From: Candidatus Heimdallarchaeota archaeon
GTDB lineage: Archaea; Asgardarchaeota; Heimdallarchaeia; Heimdallarchaeales; Heimdallarchaeaceae
DNA length: 24,000 bases
Reading direction: 5' to 3'
Assembly (NCBI GenBank): GCA_023705905.1
Contig: BPTK01000014.1
Span: 10,740-34,739, forward strand
A program made the translations under genes and the position numbers. Shown piece by piece: positions 1-9,102 of this stretch (positions are counted from its first letter, which is position 1; every line of letters starts with the position of its first letter). Below the pieces are notes generated by a model. It saw nothing but the letters and a program-made list of their open reading frames with translations. It was not told the DNA's origin and did no database searches.

Positions 1-2
1 GG

Positions 3-569
3 CTTTATGCTCTCATTAAATCAGCCATAGTTTTTGTTCCTAGCTGTATCATTCTCCTTATTATGAATCTTTCCAATTTTGCATCAAGCCTTGAAAATAA
101 TTTTTTGGTAGACAATCCTGGTGCACTCTCTCCCTTTTCTTATACACCGGACATTATAGAAGGGGTTCTTATTGGATTAATCATACTTCTTTCACTTCTG
201 ATGATTTTTACTGCTTCCTATTGGTCTGTGGCAAGATTTTTTACAATTATTGGGTATTTGCATCCTAAAAAAACATTGAAAGTCAAAAGCAAGCCATTTA
301 TCTTTGCTCTTCTCTTCCAAATGTTTCCATTAATTCTCTTTACCATTGTCCTAGATACAATGTTTGTGGAGATAAGGCATGGAGATATCTACAATCACTG
401 GGGAAATCTATATAATTTACTTGAAGGTCAAGCTTACATTGTTCTGCTAATACAAATGAGCCTATTACTTATCATTAATTTAGTGTATTTCCTTGATGGT
501 AGACGACTAATGAATAAGCGAGAGAATTTCATAGAATTAGAAGAGATTAATGTGGAAAGAACATATTGA
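3..569 (+). CDS. Partial multi-pass membrane protein of unknown function (C-terminal part; frame is open to the left window edge)
   Basis: Frame of the 63..569 ORF stays open upstream to position 3 (LYALIKSAIVFVPSCIILLIMNL...). Several hydrophobic segments (EGVLIGLIILLSLLMIFTA, FIFALLFQMFPLILFTIVL, YIVLLIQMSLLLIINLVYF). Stop at 567-569. Confidence 0.7.
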   Translation, partial: LYALIKSAIVFVPSCIILLIMNLSNFASSLENNFLVDNPGALSPFSYTPDIIEGVLIGLIILLSLLMIFTASYWSVARFFTIIGYLHPKKTLKVKSKPFIFALLFQMFPLILFTIVLDTMFVEIRHGDIYNHWGNLYNLLEGQAYIVLLIQMSLLLIINLVYFLDGRRLMNKRENFIELEEINVERTY

Positions 570-1068
570 GGTATATTTCCTAGAACATATTCTGTAAATA
601 AATCATAGGTAGTAGTTCACTTAATTCTACGATCACAAGTTAGAGTTATATTTTAATCCACTGTTAAGATGTAATCTAATCGTTGAATATCTTCTTTGCT
701 CTGATTGTGAGATAGTAAGAGTAAACTGTTTCTAAAAATCTGAAAAATGAATCTTCGAATTTTCTGTAAATCAATCATTAAATATGATGGTTGTCCTAGT
801 TTATATGGAGAAAAATGCTCAAGACTTACCCTATCAACATCCATAGAAAATGGAGAATTGTTAGAAAAATAGAGATAACTAAAGAAATAGAAAGAGAAAT
901 TGAAAAAATATTAGTTAGGCTATTTATTACAAAGATTAATTGTTTAACTAACTGAAAGTAATCTTTAAGTTCTCTTTAAACACTTTTGAGCTAGACTTTT
1001 TGTCCAAAACCATTTTTGGTTCACAAATAAATTATTTTGACTATTAAAAAAGATTAGAAGAAAAATAA

Positions 1069-3069
1069 CTATTCTCTTAATATTGCTTTACGTCTTTTCT
1101 TTAGAACTATAAATATTGATGCAATTGCAATTGGTAGCAGTAGAGAGAGAGAAAGGATATCACCATATTCAAAAACGACACTAGTCCATTCTACCTGTAT
1201 TATCTGATATCCTGCACATTTAGAGATTTTCACTTCGTTATCTAACGTTGCAGTAATATTGTAACTTTTCAATCCAGATGTAGTTTCAGTAAGTTGGAAG
1301 TTGAATAAACCTGAGGAATCTGTTGTTGTTACTGGATCTCCATCAATATACACTTCTGCGCCTTCAACTGGAAAACTATTGTGAACAAATACTACCTGTC
1401 CTGAAAATGTTATGTAATCTCCTATTTCTGCAGTAATTGCACTTGTTTGCACATTACGAACTTCAAGGTCTGTTATCGTCACACTCAGTGATGTCATATT
1501 TACTCCACAATTCGTTGTAGTAGTAATTAAATCAATGCTATATATTCCATAAGAAAGCGGATCAAGTTGCCAAACTATAGAGGTCAAACTGGGTCCTAGT
1601 TTATCTCCAATATCGATTGTAGCAGGAGTAATACTGTTTATTGCTCCAGGTAAATCTAGTGAAACACTAATTCCTTGGATATCCCAGCCATAAGTTTGAA
1701 CTCTGCAAGTAAGATTGAATGTTCCTTCAATTAGAGAAACCATAGGTGCTATATCATAATCTACAGTAAATTCATCGTAGATCCAATCTAATAATCTTAA
1801 CCAACCATTCCCATCCGTTCCGTATAATATTTCATTCACACCATCAGTATCAACATCTCCTACAGTGATAGATGGTACACTTGGTTCAATTGTATTCTCT
1901 ATATACTTTGTTTCATAATCTGTTCCGTTCCATTCACAGTACATCAATCGTACGTCTGGATACGTGGTAGATGTTGTGTAAATAAAGACTACTTCATCTT
2001 TTCCGTCATTATCAAAATCATTTACTTCAAACTCATTTTGTAGAAGATAAAAATCAGCAAATAGGGAAATATTCGGCATCCCATCATAAATCTCTATGCT
2101 ATCGGTGTCAAGAAATGCATCTCGTTTTACAGATACTACAATATCGTCCATTCCATTTCCTTTAAGGTCGCCTGTTTCCATCCAATTGAATCTTTCACTA
2201 TGCCACCCTGGAAATCCTCCAAGGATCTCATGATAAATAACACCTGTATCATAAGCAACATATCCCAATGTACAGTTATCAGAAGTTGAACAATATACAA
2301 TCTCATTACCATCGAAATCTGAAGTAAAATCTCCTATGGATACACAGACTCTGGATTGATTGGTCTGGACAATATCTTCTGCAATCCAATTATCAAGATC
2401 CTTTCTGTAAACAGTTACATTGCAATTGTCAAGATTATCAGGAAATCCTTGTCCAACAACTACAAGATTATCTGTATTTACTCCAACTTCACCCACAGAG
2501 ATGCTATAAACACCACCCTTGATTGGGTTTCCACCGTTAAGAAATTCCCCTTCTTGCCACGCATTGTTTGTTTTGTTGAATCTTACTACGTCTCCTAAAT
2601 ATTCTACAGTAAAGTATGTTGTGCCAACTATTATACTATTATTTCCGGTACCATCAATATCAGCTATTACTATATCTGATATAAATGATACACAACCGTA
2701 ATAATCGTAGGTGAAATTTGCTATTACAATTTGAGTGAATTCAACAGAGTTTTCATCTCCTGTATTTTCATAAAGTATAACACCACCATGTGGTCGAATA
2801 CCTATCACAATATCATTATCTCCATCATTATCTGCATCACCTACTGCTATGCAATCTATAGTATCCCAAAGTACTTGATCAAAGGTGAAGTTAGTTAATA
2901 AAGGATTTAAGGCTTCAAAATTGTTCTTTTGTTCACCTGGTTCTTCTTCCGAGGTTGGAAGAACATAGTTGTTATTACTTAGATTTGAGTAAGAAAAGTT
3001 TACACTCAAGAGTAGTATAATCATAAAAGCGATCACTAAATATTTCCTGCCTGTGATAAATTTTTTCAT
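1069..3069 (-). CDS. Secreted/surface FG-GAP (VCBS-like) repeat protein with Ig/CARDB-like domains and C-terminal TM anchor
   Basis: Probable ATG at 3069 (MKKFITGRKYLVIAFMIILLLSV, signal-like) rather than the TTG at 3093. Repeated motifs VGDADNDGDNDIVIG, IADIDGTGNNSIIVG, VNDFDNDGKDEVVFI, VGDVDTDGVNEILYG. C-terminal hydrophobic helix then KKRRKAILRE. Confidence 0.85.
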   Translation of the reverse strand: MKKFITGRKYLVIAFMIILLLSVNFSYSNLSNNNYVLPTSEEEPGEQKNNFEALNPLLTNFTFDQVLWDTIDCIAVGDADNDGDNDIVIGIRPHGGVILYENTGDENSVEFTQIVIANFTYDYYGCVSFISDIVIADIDGTGNNSIIVGTTYFTVEYLGDVVRFNKTNNAWQEGEFLNGGNPIKGGVYSISVGEVGVNTDNLVVVGQGFPDNLDNCNVTVYRKDLDNWIAEDIVQTNQSRVCVSIGDFTSDFDGNEIVYCSTSDNCTLGYVAYDTGVIYHEILGGFPGWHSERFNWMETGDLKGNGMDDIVVSVKRDAFLDTDSIEIYDGMPNISLFADFYLLQNEFEVNDFDNDGKDEVVFIYTTSTTYPDVRLMYCEWNGTDYETKYIENTIEPSVPSITVGDVDTDGVNEILYGTDGNGWLRLLDWIYDEFTVDYDIAPMVSLIEGTFNLTCRVQTYGWDIQGISVSLDLPGAINSITPATIDIGDKLGPSLTSIVWQLDPLSYGIYSIDLITTTTNCGVNMTSLSVTITDLEVRNVQTSAITAEIGDYITFSGQVVFVHNSFPVEGAEVYIDGDPVTTTDSSGLFNFQLTETTSGLKSYNITATLDNEVKISKCAGYQIIQVEWTSVVFEYGDILSLSLLLPIAIASIFIVLKKRRKAILRE

Positions 3070-3346
3070 TTTTTTCACATCTTTGTGTATCAAATAAATA
3101 ATAAGTAAAACTCATTAATCAACTTTATGGAGTTATAGTGACATCTCCAATTTCATCTACGATGTTTTTTTCCGTATCTAGTTTTACCTTTTGCTGAACA
3201 AGTGTAAAAATTCATAGCTAGGGTTTAATTTTCGCTCCAAAGTAATTTATTGAAATAGGTTTCCACAAACTAAACAAGAATCAATTAGTTCAAGCTTTTA
3301 GTAAAAGATAAAAAAAGAAGTAAAAGGAATAGGAAGTTAGTTCTTT

Positions 3347-3574
3347 CTATTCTTGGTATCTATTTGGTTTCTGCTTTTGAAAGCATTCTCTACAATATAC
3401 TGGTCTTGACCCATCAGGCTTGAAAGGAACTTCTGTTTCTTGATTACATTTTGCACAAGTTGCTTTATGTAATTCTACTGGCCTTCTTTGTCCAAATCCG
3501 GAACTGTTTCCTCTATTTCCACTTCTATTTTGTGGCCTTCCGCCACTTCTATTTTGATTGTTTCTATATGACAT
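3347..3574 (-). CDS. Small protein with disordered Arg/Gly/Asn-rich N-terminus and a C-terminal CxxC...CxxC zinc-ribbon-like domain
   Basis: 75 aa; CAKCNQETEVPFKPDGSRPVYCRECF preceded by an RGG-like tract (NRSGNRGNSSGFGQRRP). Confidence 0.75.
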   Translation of the reverse strand: MSYRNNQNRSGGRPQNRSGNRGNSSGFGQRRPVELHKATCAKCNQETEVPFKPDGSRPVYCRECFQKQKPNRYQE

Positions 3575-3869
3575 TGTGTTTACCTTTGTTTTTTTTGTAG
3601 TTGATTGACAGCAAAATTAGTTGTTCTATTTAAATAAACAGTAGTGGATTGTTCCGTTTCCTAGTTATCCAAAAATACCTATTTTCAGCATATCGCTTTT
3701 TCTACATGCCGCCAAAGAATCTCTGCTATTTAAACAATGACATCTAGCTGATTTTAGCTAAGAGGTTTGGATTTTCTAAGCTAGACTTCATTCAAGCTTC
3801 CCACATTGAGTTATTTCTAGTTCTAAACGCGTATAGTTTAAGAGTGTGAGTTGCTTACTAATTATAAAT

Positions 3870-5372
3870 ATGAATAAACAGAAGATAATTATCATAGGTG
3901 CTGGATTGGGAGGATTATCAACTGGGATCTATGCTCAAATGAATGGTTTTGATACTACTATTTATGAGAAAAATCCTGTTCCTGGAGGACTAGCAGCATG
4001 TTGGAAGAGAGGAGATTACTTAATCGATGGTGGAATTCACTTCCTTTCAGGTTACAAATCTGGTTTATCTCTTCACAATGTTTTCAAAGAAGTTGGAGCT
4101 CATAAAGCTGAATGTGTTGATTTAGTCACTTATGCTAGATATATCGATGAAAAGAGTGGAAGGTCTATTGACGTCTCCTCTGATTTGGATAAGTTTCAAG
4201 CAGATCTTCTGACGATGTTTCCAGAAGATAAGAAGAAAATCAACCACTTCATCAAAGGTATTCGAGGTATGAGTAAAACAGATATCAGTGAATTTGGTTT
4301 TAGAGAACCTGTTGAATTGATGAATACTAGGAAATGGATAAAAGAATTCTGGCAATACAGGAAAGCGCTCAAGTATTTCATAGGCAAGTCGATGCAACCT
4401 GTTAAGGATTATGTCAAAAACATTCACGACCCTATGTTTAAAGATCTCTTACTCCACATGTTCTTACCTGATGTTCCCATAGCTTTCTTGTGGATGATCC
4501 TAAGTTTCGTCTCCCAAAAGCAGATGGGTGTTTTGAAGAAAGGTTCATTAGATTTTACTAGAAAACTAGAAGAGAGATATCTGGAATTAGGAGGAAAAAT
4601 CGAATATAGGTCAGAGGTTTCAGATATTCTTGTTGAACAAGATAAGGCTGTTGGAATAAGAACCAAGGATGATATCGAACATCTATCTGATTTTGTTATT
4701 TCCGCTAATGATGGCCGTACTGTTATCTATGATATGCTCAAAGGTGCTTACACTAATGATGAAATTGATAGCCGATACAATGAATGGCAAACTGTCGATC
4801 CTTTTGTTAGTTTGAGTTTCGGTATTAAACAAGAATTTGACGATGAGGTATGGTTGACAGTCTTCAAGACAACCGATCCCATAACTATAGGTGACGAAGA
4901 AAAAGAAACAGTCATGATACGATTTTTCAACTATAGCACAGAATTTGCTCCCAAAGGAAAAACTGTCGTTCAAGTTGATATTGAGACTAACTGGGATTAT
5001 TGGTTTAATCTTAGAAAAGACAAGAAGAAGTACAATCAAGCTAAGAAAGATTTAGCAGAGAGAACCAAAGAGTGGTTAGAGAAAAGATTTCCTGGAATTA
5101 AAAAGAAAATCGAGGTTGAAGATGTAGCAACTCCTTATACCTTTTGGAGATATACTTCCAATGAGAAAGGTTCCTACATGGGTTTCCTACCCTCTAGTGA
5201 TACATTTACCACCTATATTAAGAAAACATTGCCAGGTCTAGATAACTTCTATATGTCAGGTCAATGGTCTATGTCAACCGGAGGAGTACAATCGGTCATA
5301 TATGCAGGGAGACACGCTATTCAGCTTCTATGTAAGGATGAAGGGAAGGATTTCATCACACAAGCAGAATAA
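3870..5372 (+). CDS. FAD-dependent NAD(P)-binding oxidoreductase, phytoene desaturase/carotene isomerase/RetSat-like (CrtI-like) family
   Basis: Dinucleotide-binding motif IIIIGAGLGGLSTGIYAQMNGFDTTIYEKNPVPGGLAACWKRGDYLIDGGIHFLSG and C-terminal GQWSMSTGGVQSVIYAGRHAIQLL. ATG at 3870 looks more credible than GTG at 3846. Confidence 0.9.
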   Translation: MNKQKIIIIGAGLGGLSTGIYAQMNGFDTTIYEKNPVPGGLAACWKRGDYLIDGGIHFLSGYKSGLSLHNVFKEVGAHKAECVDLVTYARYIDEKSGRSIDVSSDLDKFQADLLTMFPEDKKKINHFIKGIRGMSKTDISEFGFREPVELMNTRKWIKEFWQYRKALKYFIGKSMQPVKDYVKNIHDPMFKDLLLHMFLPDVPIAFLWMILSFVSQKQMGVLKKGSLDFTRKLEERYLELGGKIEYRSEVSDILVEQDKAVGIRTKDDIEHLSDFVISANDGRTVIYDMLKGAYTNDEIDSRYNEWQTVDPFVSLSFGIKQEFDDEVWLTVFKTTDPITIGDEEKETVMIRFFNYSTEFAPKGKTVVQVDIETNWDYWFNLRKDKKKYNQAKKDLAERTKEWLEKRFPGIKKKIEVEDVATPYTFWRYTSNEKGSYMGFLPSSDTFTTYIKKTLPGLDNFYMSGQWSMSTGGVQSVIYAGRHAIQLLCKDEGKDFITQAE

Positions 5373-5430
5373 TTCATGTGATTTCCTTCTTGAACTATAA
5401 TTAAAGAACATTGTATCTACAGAATTTTAA

Positions 5431-6627
5431 TTATGTCTCTTTCTCTGTCGTTTTTTCTTGCTCTTCCCATTGTGAATAGAGATCATCCAATAGAACCATT
5501 AAATCACCCATTATTTCGACTGATTTTGGTTTAATTATTCCATTTTCTATTATCACTTCTATATCACTAGACCCAACTAACTCAAGAAAGATTTTCATGA
5601 ATTCTTTTTCGGAAATCTCTAATAAATCAATTGTTTGCTTGATGTTTACCTCTCCATAAACCTTTAGAATTCCCTTAATCTGTTTAATCTGAGATTCTCT
5701 TAAATATGACTGGTCTATGTTAGTTTCTTTTTTTATGAAATTTATTGAATCGCGTATTTTACTTAATGCTGAAGCTTCAATCTTTCTTATAAGAGAATTA
5801 TCGCAGAATAATCTAGTTTTGGTATTATATTCAAAAACTGTTAAATTTGATAGCCCAACCAATGGTGAAATATCAAGCTCATTTAAATTTGAGCAATTAA
5901 CACCCAATTTATTTAATTTTAAACATTTCTGCATAGGTTTTAAGTCAAGTTCACTCAAATTATTATTCGACAAATCTAAATCGTCTAGATTCACAGCATT
6001 GTTTAAAGGTGTAAGATCAATAGATCCTATTTGATTATTGGATAAATCAAATTTCGTTAATCTTTCACAGTTCGTTAATGGTTCTAAATCTATCTCATCC
6101 AATTTACATTGAGTTAGATTTAGCCGTTCTAAATTACTAAGAGATTTGAATACTCCAAGGTCTAATTTAGTGAGAGGGGTCCAACTAAGATCCAATATTT
6201 TGAGATCACGGCATTCTGATAGAGGTTCAAAATCAATTTTTTCAATATCGCTAAATGAGAGAGAGAGGTTCTTCAACTTGACACATTTTTGTAAAGGTTT
6301 CAAGTTCAATTCTTTTATAGGATTACCTATTAGAACTAGAATTTCAAGTGAATTACATTTACTTAAGGGGCTTAAATCTAATTTGTAAATGTTATTCTCA
6401 TATAGATTCAATTCCAATAAATCTGTACAATGACGAACAGGTTCAAGATCAATATAACTTAATCTATTGTCATTGAGATAAATTTTCTGTATTTGAGGAC
6501 AGTTTCTTAATGGAGATAAATCTACTTCATGCCAGCCTTGTCCCTGAAAATCTAAAATCTTAGAAGTTTCACAATCTTTTTCTATTAGATAAGTTTCTCC
6601 ATCTGACAAACAAGTAAACTTAACCAT
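5431..6627 (-). CDS. Leucine-rich repeat protein (regular 24-aa SDS22-like repeats) with C-terminal helical/winged-helix-like region
   Basis: Minus strand verified: ATGGTTAAGTTTACTTG is the reverse complement at 6627, and TTA at 5431-5433 is the TAA stop. About 9-10 repeats of the form xxLxxLxLSxNxLxxIDLxPLxxC. Confidence 0.9.
   Translation of the reverse strand: MVKFTCLSDGETYLIEKDCETSKILDFQGQGWHEVDLSPLRNCPQIQKIYLNDNRLSYIDLEPVRHCTDLLELNLYENNIYKLDLSPLSKCNSLEILVLIGNPIKELNLKPLQKCVKLKNLSLSFSDIEKIDFEPLSECRDLKILDLSWTPLTKLDLGVFKSLSNLERLNLTQCKLDEIDLEPLTNCERLTKFDLSNNQIGSIDLTPLNNAVNLDDLDLSNNNLSELDLKPMQKCLKLNKLGVNCSNLNELDISPLVGLSNLTVFEYNTKTRLFCDNSLIRKIEASALSKIRDSINFIKKETNIDQSYLRESQIKQIKGILKVYGEVNIKQTIDLLEISEKEFMKIFLELVGSSDIEVIIENGIIKPKSVEIMGDLMVLLDDLYSQWEEQEKTTEKET
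5850..6560 (-). repeat. Protein-coding LRR tandem array, about 72 bp (24 aa) period, divergent at DNA level
   Basis: e.g. TDLLELNLYENNIYKLDLSPLSKC / NSLEILVLIGNPIKELNLKPLQKC / ERLTKFDLSNNQIGSIDLTPLNNA. Confidence 0.85.
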
Positions 6628-6791
6628 AAAAAATAAGAAGTTACTAGAGATAAAAATCTTTCACAAGTTTATTGGGAACAAACTTAGAACATCAACCAGT
6701 TACTATATTCTTTAGTATTTTAGCCCTTTTTTCCGCAATATTTTAATATTTCTTATTTAAATTTCTATGAATCTACTAGGATGAATACTAA

Positions 6792-7658
6792 ATGGCTTTC
6801 TTTGATGACATCAATAATATCATGTATGTTGTTTTGGGTGTTATAGGATTAATTGTAATAATTCTCTTGATTTTTGCTCTAAAAGGTACTTTCTCTGACG
6901 TAAAGTTGAAGCGAAAGGCTAAATCTCTTGGTTTTCGTACTATTAAAGAGATGCACTCTCGTCAATCTGAAGGTTTTGAAAGTAAACCTGAGTTTGACAA
7001 CATCTCATCTTTAGGTTTTACAGATAAACAAGAATTCCTTTTTGGTGAAAAACTTGGTACTAGAACTCAAGAAGAAATGTATAAGAAATTGAATCAAACT
7101 GTTAAAGATTTGCTTGATCTAATGGAAGATTATAAAATTGACCTCCCTAAATTAGATAATGAAGTCACCTTAGTTTTATCACTTGACAAAATGACTGAAA
7201 TCTCTGAAGAGTTTACTCAGAAGCAAACTATCTTCAATAAGTTGCGAGAAGAGGTTAACAGCTATCCAAAAGAGAAAGTTATTGATCAAAGCAAGATAAA
7301 CATCCCCAAAGAAATAAAAGATTTACAAAATGAAACTGCAGCTAAGCTTTATTCTGTCAAGAATACACTTGACGTGAGGATGGAGTATGTTACTGAGCGA
7401 ACAAGTATAGTGGAATTGCTTAATCAGTTCAGGCCTAATGTTCCTGTCAATCTTAATAGGGTTGGAGAGATATCTAAACTGTCTTTAAAGGATGTCGAAT
7501 CCTTTTTGAAAGACATTGTCGAAGTTAATCCTGAAATAGGGGAATACTTAGAACTTGAGCAAGTTTTTATCAGGAAGACTGACACTGAAATACAAATTGA
7601 TGAACTCTTGAATCAATTCCAAAAATGGGAAGTTGAAGGAGAGGGGAAGAAGAAGTAA
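6792..7658 (+). CDS. N-terminally membrane-anchored cytoplasmic protein with C-terminal module 'LLNQFRPxVPVNxNRV...ELExVFIRKT...IDELLNQFxxWE..GKKK'
   Basis: One N-terminal TM (IMYVVLGVIGLIVIILLIFALKG) followed by basic/charged region. C-terminal module is nearly identical to the one in 7720..8406. Confidence 0.85.
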   Translation: MAFFDDINNIMYVVLGVIGLIVIILLIFALKGTFSDVKLKRKAKSLGFRTIKEMHSRQSEGFESKPEFDNISSLGFTDKQEFLFGEKLGTRTQEEMYKKLNQTVKDLLDLMEDYKIDLPKLDNEVTLVLSLDKMTEISEEFTQKQTIFNKLREEVNSYPKEKVIDQSKINIPKEIKDLQNETAAKLYSVKNTLDVRMEYVTERTSIVELLNQFRPNVPVNLNRVGEISKLSLKDVESFLKDIVEVNPEIGEYLELEQVFIRKTDTEIQIDELLNQFQKWEVEGEGKKK

Positions 7659-7719
7659 GTTTGCAGTCTTCTAGGCAAAAGATATTTTAAGCTTGATTCA
7701 TTATCCTCTATGGTTGACA

Positions 7720-8406
7720 ATGGAATTAATCTTAACTGGGAAAAAAAAGAAGAAAAATTTTCGTAAAAAAATCAAGGACGATATTAGAAAGTTAGATCTT
7801 ACAAAAAAGAAGTTAACAGAGATAGACCTTACACCGCTCGAGCAGTGTCATCAGATCTATACAGTTAAGTTGAGTAACAATAAAATCTCTTCAATCAATC
7901 TAACTCCTCTAAGCAAATGTAAATCTCTTATCAGCGTATATCTAGAATATAATCCTCTTTCTTCAATTAATTTAGCTCCTCTTATCAAATGCCCAAAACT
8001 TGACAAAATTTCTTTTTCCAAGAATACTAAAATTGAATGGTTAGATGAAGAGTTTGACGTTTTTGCTATCCCAAGAGGGTTAAGACCTTATCTCAACCAA
8101 ATTAAAAAAGCACATGGTTCTTATGTTACTGAAACAGCAGAGCAAAAGCAAAAAATTGCTCACGAAAATGCTCCTGAGAAAATTACTGCTCTTCTCAATG
8201 AATTCCGCCCTGGTGTTCCTGTCAATGTTAATAGGGTTGCAGCACTAGCCGAAATACCAGTTGACGTTACCAAATCAATTATTTTAGAGATATTGGAACA
8301 CATGCCTGACGTTGGAGAATTCCTAGAACTGGAAGAGGTTTTTATTCGTAAAACAGAAGCTGAGATAGAGATAGATAAACTCTTAGATCAATTTCAAGAA
8401 TGGTAA
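7720..8406 (+). CDS. Short LRR protein fused to the same C-terminal winged-helix-like module
   Basis: LRRs HQIYTVKLSNNKISSINLTPLSKC / KSLISVYLEYNPLSSINLAPLIKC, then ITALLNEFRPGVPVNVNRVAALAEI...VGEFLELEEVFIRKTEAEIEIDKLLDQFQEW. Start codon uncertain (ORF open from 7693; ATG at 7720). Confidence 0.75.
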   Translation: MELILTGKKKKKNFRKKIKDDIRKLDLTKKKLTEIDLTPLEQCHQIYTVKLSNNKISSINLTPLSKCKSLISVYLEYNPLSSINLAPLIKCPKLDKISFSKNTKIEWLDEEFDVFAIPRGLRPYLNQIKKAHGSYVTETAEQKQKIAHENAPEKITALLNEFRPGVPVNVNRVAALAEIPVDVTKSIILEILEHMPDVGEFLELEEVFIRKTEAEIEIDKLLDQFQEW

Positions 8407-8437
8407 AGAAGAAATAGATCAATGAGTATTGTCAATA

Positions 8438-9091
8438 TCAAAGGAACCTATGTTCTAAAGGTATTCCTAGTCCTGTTAGTGAAAATCCTTCGCTCGACAA
8501 ACCCATTTTAGTTAGCAAATCAACAACTGATGATTCTATCATCATCGATAGCTCTTCTCTACTTATTTTCTGTATTTCCTCGATGGAATATTGTCCCGAA
8601 AGTTCTCTCATTGCTTCTTTTATTATAAACAACACTTGCATTCTCATTTCTTTGGAAGAGAATTGGATTGAATCTTTTAAAATATTCAAGCAGAATACTT
8701 TCGGAGCGGAAATAGAAATCGATAGAGAACCTGACGCACCTATTTGTACATTATCTTTGGTTAATACTCCTTGTTCTTGAGGTATTCCCCACTTAACATT
8801 AAAAGACTGTCCTTCCAAGAAAACAATCTTCAAACCTTCTGTTCCTTTCTTCCTTTCTATTTTAAACATACCACTAGCTAGTTCGTCAATTATCTGCTCG
8901 TTTTCTATTACTACTGCTTTCTCAGCTATCTTTACTATCATCCCCTCTGTTTTCTTCAAATCAAAATCCTTTTGCCAGTTTTCATGAGCATGTGGATAAA
9001 CCCATGCAATCGTTTCTGAATCTCTTTCGCTTTTGATTATTCTTTTATCGTCAGAAGGACTAAAATCCTTTTTAATTATGAAAGACATCAT
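8438..9091 (-). CDS. SPFH/band-7-like domain protein
   Basis: EKAVVIENEQIIDELASGMFKIE...FNVKWGIPQEQGVLTKDNVQIGASGSLSISISAPKVF resembles the SPFH 'virion core/YdjI-like' pattern; remote resemblance only. Confidence 0.55.
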   Translation of the reverse strand: MMSFIIKKDFSPSDDKRIIKSERDSETIAWVYPHAHENWQKDFDLKKTEGMIVKIAEKAVVIENEQIIDELASGMFKIERKKGTEGLKIVFLEGQSFNVKWGIPQEQGVLTKDNVQIGASGSLSISISAPKVFCLNILKDSIQFSSKEMRMQVLFIIKEAMRELSGQYSIEEIQKISREELSMMIESSVVDLLTKMGLSSEGFSLTGLGIPLEHRFL

Positions 9092-9102
9092 TTCACCTCT
9101 AT

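Noticed and set aside
653-844. 63-aa minus-strand ORF
   Set aside because: Short, no recognisable motif, AT-rich intergenic context; insufficient support.
2356-2701. Plus-strand ORFs inside the FG-GAP gene
   Set aside because: Antisense to a clear coding sequence with repeat domains; low-quality protein composition.
4122-5039. Minus-strand ORFs (4122..4427, 4196..4387, 4683..5039, 4748..4930) and plus-strand 4424..4666 inside the oxidoreductase gene
   Set aside because: Overlapping shadows of a well-supported plus-strand CDS.
5717-6388. Plus-strand ORFs 5717..6034 and 6146..6388 opposite the LRR gene
   Set aside because: Antisense artefacts of the regular LRR codon pattern.
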